A stretch of DNA of 64,000 nucleotides from Styela clava. Lineage: Eukaryota. The notes below the pieces were generated by a model. That model did not search any database and had not been told where the DNA came from. It saw only the letters and a program-made list of their open reading frames with translations. The stretch is taken from positions 12,090,001 to 12,154,000 of the forward strand of contig NC_135253.1 in the NCBI RefSeq assembly GCF_964204865.1, read 5' to 3'. Each line of letters begins with the position of its first letter. The stretch's first letter is position 1. The position numbers were made by a program, and so were the translations under genes. Positions 55,359 through 64,000 of the stretch are shown here, one piece after another.

Positions 55359-55868
55359 TTACCGTATCAGTGGTACCGTATATTGCGAGCATAAATCTCT
55401 CTCTTTCATAGTTTTGGGGCTGCTGCTTTTCCGTAGCATTTCTTTATGCACACCGGTAGTGCGACCATAGATTTTACATAACATTGTCTCTGGTGCGGTT
55501 GACGGGAAAACCAGCTTACCGGAGTGGCTAGATTTGTCTAGCTAATGTCTGAATGTTGGTCAGTTCCGGTAATCCCTCAAATCTCACATAACATACGTTA
55601 GGGTACAATACCGGTATCCTCGACCGAAAGCCAGAAAAACTTGAATCAGTATCCTAGAATAGAAACTAAATCTCTTTGTTGTAACAATAAAGTCACTGAA
55701 TATTAAAATGACATTTTCAATTTTTGCTCAAAATAGAGGGATAAGACTTTTTGTTCATATGCATTATTTACTTGTCCTACAAACATGTTCCTCTCGCTAT
55801 GTTTAAAACAATTGATAAACCATTTTAAATTGCACAGATATTGAAAATGTAGCTATAAGGTTCAAGTT

Positions 55869-56741
55869 ATGGAGTCTAATTTGCTAGAATCACTGCCTAG
55901 GCATGATGTTCTGTATCATAATGTATTCAAGTATTTATCTATGATCGATTTATTCCGGCTACGTGCAGTATGTCGACAACTTCACAATATGATGGAGGAA
56001 TATTTTTCTCAATGCCATCACATCCATATCAAAGACTCTGATGGTATAGCGGATGCTACCACATTTGAAATATTAACAAAAAGCAATTCATCACTCCGGA
56101 CCATTGTTATCCCCAATATCGGAGATTGGATAGACGACAACCTTCTTGTTCCAGTTATAAATGACTGCCCCAATTTATCGATCCTTAATTTATCACAATG
56201 TAAGGGTTTAACAAATAGAAGTCTATGCATATTAGGAATGTACTGTGAAAATCTTACTCATTTACGTCTGAAGGGTTGTACATGGGTTGACCACGACAAT
56301 TTTATGGTGTTCATTTCCAACAACAGAAAACTGAAACTACTGGATTTACAGAAATGTTCTTTGCTAGATGATGAATGTGTGGAGTTCATGTCCAAATGCT
56401 GCCCAAACTTGGAATATTTGAACATATCAGAAATTAACCAATTGACTGACCAAAGCCTTGACGCCATTGCAAAAAATTGCCGCAAGTTAAAGCATTTGGA
56501 TATCATAGAGTGCTGGAAAATGACAGATTCTGGTGTAAAGATAATAAAGGAATATTGTCAAGAATTGGAGACACTTAATTGCGAACACTGTACTAGCATT
56601 TCCGAGGATACACTCGAGCCACTTCGTGTCAGAGGAGTTAGCGTAGACATTCAAGGACGCTTGGAAATAACTCTACGAAGACTGGAACATGTGATTGACT
56701 ATCTTTCTCCTTTAGTTAGACAACTAAACCACAACCTGTAA
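55869..56741 (+). CDS. FBXL15: F-box/LRR-repeat protein 15-like, intronless
   Basis: N-terminal F-box (LLESLP..DVL...F.YLS..DLFRLRAVCRQ), cysteine-containing LRRs and a C-terminal LRVRGVSVD. Confidence 0.8.
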   Translation: MESNLLESLPRHDVLYHNVFKYLSMIDLFRLRAVCRQLHNMMEEYFSQCHHIHIKDSDGIADATTFEILTKSNSSLRTIVIPNIGDWIDDNLLVPVINDCPNLSILNLSQCKGLTNRSLCILGMYCENLTHLRLKGCTWVDHDNFMVFISNNRKLKLLDLQKCSLLDDECVEFMSKCCPNLEYLNISEINQLTDQSLDAIAKNCRKLKHLDIIECWKMTDSGVKIIKEYCQELETLNCEHCTSISEDTLEPLRVRGVSVDIQGRLEITLRRLEHVIDYLSPLVRQLNHNL

Positions 56742-57083
56742 TTTTATATGGAGCAATATATATTAGTATTTATAAAGTACCATGGACCTGCATTTTTTTT
56801 ACTATTCAAATAACAGAAAGTCGCAAATGACCACCAGCTACATAGAAAAGAGTATTCACTATTTCAATAACAAGCAGCGAAGCAGGTGTCTCTAGAGTTA
56901 ATGGAAACGAAATGTAAGTTTTAGAGCTGGTTAATCATATTTTGAAAACTATATATTTCGATTAATGGCAAATTGATCATAAAATTGGGTACTAATTCAA
57001 ATTCTTGCTGTTGATGTAGTTTCGCCAATAAACCAGTTTTCTCAAAATGTAAATTGTAATTGCATGCATAAAGTGAAGACAAT

Positions 57084-58754
57084 CTATATCAAACCCATAC
57101 AAAACGCAGCAGTAGTTGAATCTTCCCTTGAAGTTGTTAATAAAACAGGTGAAAATTTATCCAACAAAGCCAGCAACTGAGTTCTTGATAAATTTTCATT
57201 ATACATTATTTCTTCCATGTGACAGTTTCCATCAAAATATTTCAACAAATTTACAAATAATCTCAAATCTTTAGCGCTATTGGATGCATGGACATCCATA
57301 ATTGCTTTCCTTTGCTTCCAGGGCAATCCTGCAATAATTGAACGAGTCTCTGTATTTTGAATCGGAGGCTTCTGCTCGCTCATAGTAGACTGTTGGTCAG
57401 CCTCAACAGGGCAGAAATATATAAAAGTGTGCATTTGTATTAAAAACCGATGTTGCAAGAGCCAAAACACAACTTGAGCTAGCTTATCTTCTTCACCATA
57501 AAATAGTCCGTGTGGAGTTTGGAAATCACTAAGACGAACTGGTAGTGAGAAATTTGACAACACATCCACCATATCATGGTTGAACCTCATGTAAAAAGAT
57601 CTCGCTGCTTCTGAATTTGGATTTAGTTCTGCTGATGGCGCAATAACATAGATATTTGAATCGCATAACGGATATATAATACACGCTTTACCCCAATATA
57701 CCAATTGTGACGTTAAAGTATAAATTTGAGTTAGCGGCAAATCTGCATCAGATGCAGTACATTGGAGCGATTTTGTTGGTTCGTAAACTGTTAATAATCT
57801 TGTAAGAGATGGAGTATAATCATCTGGTAAAGTCGACCATATTTCCTTTTTGTCAAATATGAGAATGCCATGATATGGCCTTATTTTTTCTATAGCTTTT
57901 TCAATGAAAGAAACAGATATTGTATTTTGTCCATACGAAGCCATATTATGAACTTTGTGAGGCAAACAAAAACTAATATGTGTTGAATTGTTTACTTTAA
58001 CAGACAGGATACCTGTTTGACAAATACTATTGAATATGATGTGAAGCTGGTCGGCCAGGTGGGATTTTTCTAATATAGTTTTATAGGCGTGTTCAGGCTC
58101 TGCCATACACTCAGATTCTAAGGACATCTCGTCATGCACTGACAGCATAAGCCTTGTTTCGTGGGTCAAGTAATCGGAACATTTTTCTTCAAATCGCAAG
58201 GCAAGACCAAGTTGTAGTGCCAACTCTTGGTACTTTTCAACTATGGTGTACTCCGCTACCGCTTTTAATACAAACACAATGTTGAATGACAAAAGTGTAG
58301 AATCTTCCTTTTTCTTACAACCTTCATGCTCTTTGATGTTTTGCCTATATTTTTCCAAAATATCAAACTTTGATAATACACTGCTGAATTGGTCAATAAC
58401 CAAAGGGAAACCTACAAAACGGATTCCATTCGTCTTTAGGTCAAACTTTTTTCCACAAATCTTGGTGTTTCCAGGACTGAGTATAGTTGCTAGTAGTTCA
58501 TCACTGAAAGAATCCAACTGCTCTGCTTCATTTCTTGGTGCCTTTTTTACATCGTCCGAATCATCAGACACTGACCCATGTTGCCTGTTTAGATGAAAAG
58601 TTGATGATGTCAGTTGTTTGTAGGAAGACAATGGCTGAGTATCACTTTGAGATTTATTGTATGGATATCTGAACAACAGCTTACTGGTTATTCTACTGCC
58701 ATACATTGATAACATGATACTTAATGGTATCCATGGTTGATCACTTCCACTCAT
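57084..58754 (-). CDS. NPRL3: GATOR1 complex subunit NPRL3, intronless
   Basis: LLFRYP, FSDELLATIL, KFDLK...RFVGFP, IRPYHGIL, LVYWGKA.IIYPLC.SNIY, YFDG.CHMEEIMYNEN. Confidence 0.93.
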   Translation of the reverse strand: MSGSDQPWIPLSIMLSMYGSRITSKLLFRYPYNKSQSDTQPLSSYKQLTSSTFHLNRQHGSVSDDSDDVKKAPRNEAEQLDSFSDELLATILSPGNTKICGKKFDLKTNGIRFVGFPLVIDQFSSVLSKFDILEKYRQNIKEHEGCKKKEDSTLLSFNIVFVLKAVAEYTIVEKYQELALQLGLALRFEEKCSDYLTHETRLMLSVHDEMSLESECMAEPEHAYKTILEKSHLADQLHIIFNSICQTGILSVKVNNSTHISFCLPHKVHNMASYGQNTISVSFIEKAIEKIRPYHGILIFDKKEIWSTLPDDYTPSLTRLLTVYEPTKSLQCTASDADLPLTQIYTLTSQLVYWGKACIIYPLCDSNIYVIAPSAELNPNSEAARSFYMRFNHDMVDVLSNFSLPVRLSDFQTPHGLFYGEEDKLAQVVFWLLQHRFLIQMHTFIYFCPVEADQQSTMSEQKPPIQNTETRSIIAGLPWKQRKAIMDVHASNSAKDLRLFVNLLKYFDGNCHMEEIMYNENLSRTQLLALLDKFSPVLLTTSREDSTTAAFCMGLI

Positions 58755-59423
58755 AACTGAAAACACTGAAAAAAATAATTACAGTATTGAGAACCCACTG
58801 AATCAAGTTTTTTTCTAAACAATATTGAGTAAAAACCCGAATTTCTCAGTAGAAAGCCCAGTCATAAAAGTACAAACACCTCTGACCAAAAAGTAAAGTA
58901 ATGAAAAAAACTGCACCCTTTATTTACAAAATGCAGTTTGAATACAACTTTCATTATTAAACAGAGAAGTAATTTATTGTGACTTTGTTGTATGTCATGA
59001 TAGGTGCATTTGCTTAAAAAATAATCCACAATGTCAAGTTACCATACGGCATATAACACAATTTATAAATTAGTACTAATGTCAAGCTGCTATAATTTTC
59101 AAAACGTTCAAGAGGTTTTCTGCACAGATAATGAAGTAGTTTAGCTTCGAAGAAATTTATTTTTTGAACTTTTTGGTTGAGATCACAAATCTTTCGTCAA
59201 AAGCTCTTGCAGCTATTTACAAATGGCATGTCACTCGAGTTGAGGAATGTGATCCATGTCATTTCTCTATGCCTGATAATCACAATATATGAAGAATCAT
59301 GTTATGAGTCACAGCAAACTAGGGACATGCATAAATTCCACTTTGTATTTGGGTATATATTGATAACGAAATTAAAAAAGAACCATTTATGAATTTGAGC
59401 AACGAGATAGGCTTTTCCTCTGA

Positions 59424-60581
59424 TCACAAAGTAACAACCCTGTCTGAATTGTCTTTGTCTGTTAAAAAGTTACTGAGTAATTGAGGCAACTCTGGTGCCT
59501 TGTAAATATCCATGTGCCCGTATCCATGAGATGCTTTAAACTTGACAAATTCAATTCTTTTCCGCCTGTCTGTTTGAGTCGCTTTGCTTACTGCAACATA
59601 AAGTTCATCACTATGTTTGCACTTTATATCACTATCATCCTCCGCATGCAAGAGCATGATAGGACAATTCACTTTTGATATATCATTGATAGTAGATAAA
59701 GAAATATCCTTAACAGTTAAAGCATTCTCAAGAACAAAGCGAAAAATAGATTTAGGATAAATAACCATAAATATCTGTGAAAGACTGCTGTCCTCCGCTC
59801 CTTGTCGAACATTAGTGAGAGCTCCTTCCAAAATAAGATTGTCAATTTTATAACCAGTATTCAGATTATGGTCTTTCTCACAAATATCAGCAGCTTTTTT
59901 GGCTGCCAGTGTTGCTATTGACGATCCCAATGAATGTCCCCAGTATGTTAGTTTGGCGTTGGTTGCAATGCTTCCCCTCACCCAATTGAGAATGCATAAA
60001 GAATCGTTGACTAAGCCCTTTTCCGAAGGCCAGCCTGTTGAATCTCCGAATCCTCTGTAATCGAATGCAATGATGTGATATCCTTGAGATTGCAGCAATT
60101 TGTATAGTTCCGGTCTTTGGTAATGGTCCCCCGTTCCTCTTGACATACCATTACCATGATGGTATACAATAACATGTTCTGCATCTTTAAGATGGGTACG
60201 AACTACATCCGATGTCAATACATCGTCTTCTTTATATTCTGTCATTTTAGATTTTGGTAAAACATGCCAAACCCCAAGTTCATCATTGTCACATTGCATT
60301 CGAAATGAGGCTGTACCAAAGAGTTCATATTGAGTACTTGGCTGTGATAAAGATGCAGGTTCATTCTTTGCATAGTATAAATTCATAAATACAATTTGCT
60401 CTACTATTTGTGGTATAAAAGCCAACATCAAAGGTATTGCTACATAAAGCATAACAGTGAAGACAATTATTGACTTTACAACAGTTTTGCTTCCGCATGA
60501 TGTATCATCTATACTTTCATTCGAAACTTTCACTGTTCCATGTTCTTTTTTATTCCCTTCATTAGATTTCCGCTGCCGCAT
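59424..60581 (-). CDS. ABHD12: Lysophosphatidylserine lipase ABHD12-like alpha/beta hydrolase, intronless
   Basis: N-terminal TM, LGVWHVLP, HGNG, FDYRGFGDSTGWPSE, nucleophile WGHSLG, LLHAEDD, GYGH. Confidence 0.9.
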   Translation of the reverse strand: MRQRKSNEGNKKEHGTVKVSNESIDDTSCGSKTVVKSIIVFTVMLYVAIPLMLAFIPQIVEQIVFMNLYYAKNEPASLSQPSTQYELFGTASFRMQCDNDELGVWHVLPKSKMTEYKEDDVLTSDVVRTHLKDAEHVIVYHHGNGMSRGTGDHYQRPELYKLLQSQGYHIIAFDYRGFGDSTGWPSEKGLVNDSLCILNWVRGSIATNAKLTYWGHSLGSSIATLAAKKAADICEKDHNLNTGYKIDNLILEGALTNVRQGAEDSSLSQIFMVIYPKSIFRFVLENALTVKDISLSTINDISKVNCPIMLLHAEDDSDIKCKHSDELYVAVSKATQTDRRKRIEFVKFKASHGYGHMDIYKAPELPQLLSNFLTDKDNSDRVVTL

Positions 60582-61288
60582 ACCAAAAGTTTTATGCTAG
60601 CAAATACAAGACACTGTTAAGAATCAACATTATATTAAATAAAAAAAAAACATTGCTCATAAACAAATCTGTAAAACTTGAATCAAAAAATATAAATTGA
60701 CTGTTTAAAATGATACTAAACAAGCATGGAAAGAAAATTTTTGATTGTCCTAACATCTTTGAGAAGCTGTGGAATTTCAGGTGCATCTATATGCCATAAC
60801 CATGTACTGCATAAAATTTAACAAAAGTAACTTTTTGGTTTTGTTTCATTCCATGTGTGCGAGGAATGACATCTTTACATACAAAAGCATTAAAGGGCAG
60901 CGAATAAGTGGTAAATTATTATCAGTCACTGGGAATCTATTTGCAATCGAAAATGATGGATCTAATGCTTTACTGATGATGAATACCCGAAAAAAGGAAT
61001 TATCTGCAGATCCTCTTCTGACATCAGCAAACCCTCTTTTAAAACAAGTCCTTCAATTTTGCACATTCGACAAACAATTTTCTGGCAGCAACGGATGCGA
61101 TTGATGCATCCAAAGAGTGCCCCGTAACAACACTGTCTTAGTGTTCATTCTCACACACTTGAGCAGGCATAGTGAGTCATTGACAAGACTCTATTCAAAT
61201 AGCCATCCAGTAGAGTCTGTAAATCCTGGGTAATCAAAATCTATAGTGCAGTATCCCAGAGACTGTACGCTTGTGACATTCCAGCACT

Positions 61289-62224
61289 ATGGAGATATAG
61301 TATAAAAATCCACGGATTCCATAATCAGCTGATCACAACATTTTCACTAACCACTTCATCTTCAACATGGAGATATAGTATAAAAATCCACGGATTCCAT
61401 AATCAGCTGATCACAACATTTTCACTAACCACTTCATCTTCAACATGGAGATATAGTATAAAAATCCACGGATTCCATAATCAGCTGATCACAACATTTT
61501 CACTAACCACTTCATCTTCAACATGGAGATATAGTATAAAAATCCACGGATTCCATAATCAGCTGATCACAACATTTTCACTAACCACTCCATCTTCAAC
61601 ATGGAGATATAGTATAAAAATCCACGGATTCCATAATCAGCTGATCACAACATTTTCACTAACCACTTCATCTTCAACATGGAGATATAGTATAAAAATC
61701 CACGGATTCCATAATCAGCTGATCACAACATTTTCACTAACCACTTCATCTTCAACATGGAGATATAGTATAAAAATCCACGGATTCCATAATCAGCTGA
61801 TCACAACATTTTCACTAACCACTTCATCTTCAACATGGAGATATAGAATAAAAATCCACGGATTCCATAATCAGCTGATCACAACATTTTCACTAACCAC
61901 TTCATCTTCAACATGGAGATATAGTATAAAAATCCACGGATTCCATAATCAGCTGATCACAACATTTTCACTAACCACTTCATCTTCAACATGGAGATAT
62001 AGTATAAAAATCCACGGATTCCATAATCAGCTGATCACAACATTTTCACTAACCACTTCATCTTCAACATGGAGATATAGAATAAAAATCCACGGATTCC
62101 ATAATCAGCTGATCACAACATTTTCACTAACCACTTCATCTTCAACATGGAGATATAGTATAAAAATCCACGGATTCCATAATCAGCTGATCACAACATT
62201 TTCACTAACCACTTCATCTTCAAC
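61289..62224. repeat. Minisatellite, 12 x 78 bp
   Basis: Unit ATGGAGATATAGTATAAAAATCCACGGATTCCATAATCAGCTGATCACAACATTTTCACTAACCACTTCATCTTCAAC. Near-identical copies start at 61289 and every 78 bp thereafter. Confidence 0.97.
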
Positions 62225-63724
62225 ACAGTTTAAAAACAAAAATATCATCACAACCGCCTCAAAAATAATTCCATACTGAACAGAATGAGTCACTAGCGTT
62301 TTTATGACAGATTTCCATCCCATCTCTATTCCTACTTTTGTTTGGTTGAGTCTTCACAACTGGCAATCTCGGTCTAGTTTATTAATAATTAATTGACTAG
62401 AAACATATTGGTGAAACACAAATTATGAAAAATTGAAAAAAAGTGATGAATATAAAATTATTGTCTTGAATTGATGATAATATTTGAGCAATAATACAGA
62501 CACTTGAAATTAGAATTATAAATTCACTGAATAATAACACCTAACAGTGGCAAATAATTAATTTCCTAGTCAAAATAATTTTTTTTTAGTGACATTAATC
62601 CTGCGATTACCATTATAAAGATAAAATGACAATTTACCGTTGTATTCGAAGAGGGCCATAAGTGAATTACTTGTGATTAAATACTGATGTTCAGGTCAAG
62701 GCAGTCGGTGAACAAAAGACTTGAACTATAAGTTCTTTCGGATGTTAGAAGTCTAGGGAGTAGGGCATATTCAAAAAACACGAGGTATGTTTTACAGACT
62801 GGAGGATATCTGAACAATAATGTGGGAATGCTTTTATGTGATGTTTCAATAATACAACAATTAATTTTTCATTCAGAAATTGCGATAACACTACTGATAA
62901 ATATACTTTAGAACCTGAGTATATAGGCCACAAGTGAAAGAACAGTCAGACTACTTGCATTTAAATGGTGGTTCACTAACTGCCTGTAACCTGTATCGAA
63001 GACATCACAAGCAAAATCTATGATGTAGTTATAGTTGACAAAAACATAAAATAAAGTGACTCTACATTATTATTGAATATGCAATATTCACAAAGTATGA
63101 TTATTTTATATGCAATAACACACTGTATAATAAATTGCACAACCACTATAATTGCAATAACGTGGTTCAAACTACACTAAGGAAACAAACTCTAACAAGG
63201 CAGCATTCCAATCTAAAAGCAAAATTATTCCACATCTATTTATAAGACGTCTCGTGCTGAATATATCCCCTTACAAACTTTTTGAGGTTGATACGACTTA
63301 AAACAATGTTTAAAAATTTTTTTCCAAATTACAATTCAGTGAATTACAAAGATGTGCAATGTTTAGTTTAATAAGAAAAAAATTGTTTGTTTTGTTTATA
63401 ATTGTTAACACAACATCATATTTTAATGATCCAACATTATAGTCCTGAATATATTGATGATGAATATCGTACTGAAAACAGGTTGGAAACTTATATATAG
63501 CATTAGTAATAGCTAGATGAGAGCTATACATGTAATATACACAACTTTTTAATGAAGTATAAAAGAAAAACAAAGAAATATATTTTATATGACTTTGATC
63601 ATAAAGATTTACAGTATGTATGCAGAGCAATAAAAGAATAACAATATAATACAAGCTAACTCGATATAAAGTTTCTGCAATAATAGGGCTATGTTGTATA
63701 ATAATCCGGCAAGATGCCATTATT

Positions 63725-63849
63725 TCAGGAAATTTCTGAACTGGATGGTGACATAAATCCGAAAAATGTCAACATAGCATAGAGATGTCCAGGGAGGAAA
63801 GCATATGCCGTATATGCAGACATTGCAAAGATAATGACAGCTCCAGTAT
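63725..63849 (-). CDS. SPTSS: Serine palmitoyltransferase small subunit, last coding exon (gene starts beyond window)
   Basis: Acceptor TTTGTTTCAG, then (D)TGAVIIFAMSAYTAYAFLPGHLYAMLTFFG, matching the ssSPT 'YT.Y.F.P.H' motif. Confidence 0.75.
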
Positions 63850-64000
63850 CTGAAACAAAAATAGATATTAATATTCTTCGATGAGTATAAAGCAACATGC
63901 AGGTAGAAATTGATTGATTTTTAGATAAATGTGATATATATGATTCATACTGAAAAATCATTTCTGGTGTTTGAGGGAATCATTAGATTAGTTCCATCTT

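Noticed and set aside
61289-62224. CRISPR array
   Set aside because: Units are contiguous and identical with no unique spacers, there are no cas genes, and the context is eukaryotic.

Overview
AT-rich eukaryotic (animal) genomic DNA with GT-AG introns. The compact layout, same-strand runs of intronless housekeeping genes and unpaired splice acceptors just before start codons point to an ascidian tunicate with SL trans-splicing and operons; this taxon call is inference. 1-18 kb is TE-rich (Buster-type hAT MITEs, a tRNA-derived SINE) and holds two tandem secreted single-domain BPI/LBP-fold genes. One has a His/Glu-rich N-terminal tract and the other has two candidate alternative signal-peptide exons. 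18.6-41.7 kb is a minus-strand run of six genes (TRAPPC2L, CLPB, BRD8, AFTPH, TMEM177, ERMARD) that diverges from RAB4 at a ~315-bp promoter. TBP follows, then a 2.96-kb internally deleted Academ-type DNA transposon (TAG...CTA ends, TCA target duplication), a Helentron/HINE-like repeat cluster with CTCF-like motifs, and FBXL15. A second minus-strand run (SPTSS, ABHD12, NPRL3) contains a 12 x 78-bp tandem array. Exon boundaries were read by eye and gene names come from remembered motifs; no searches were run.
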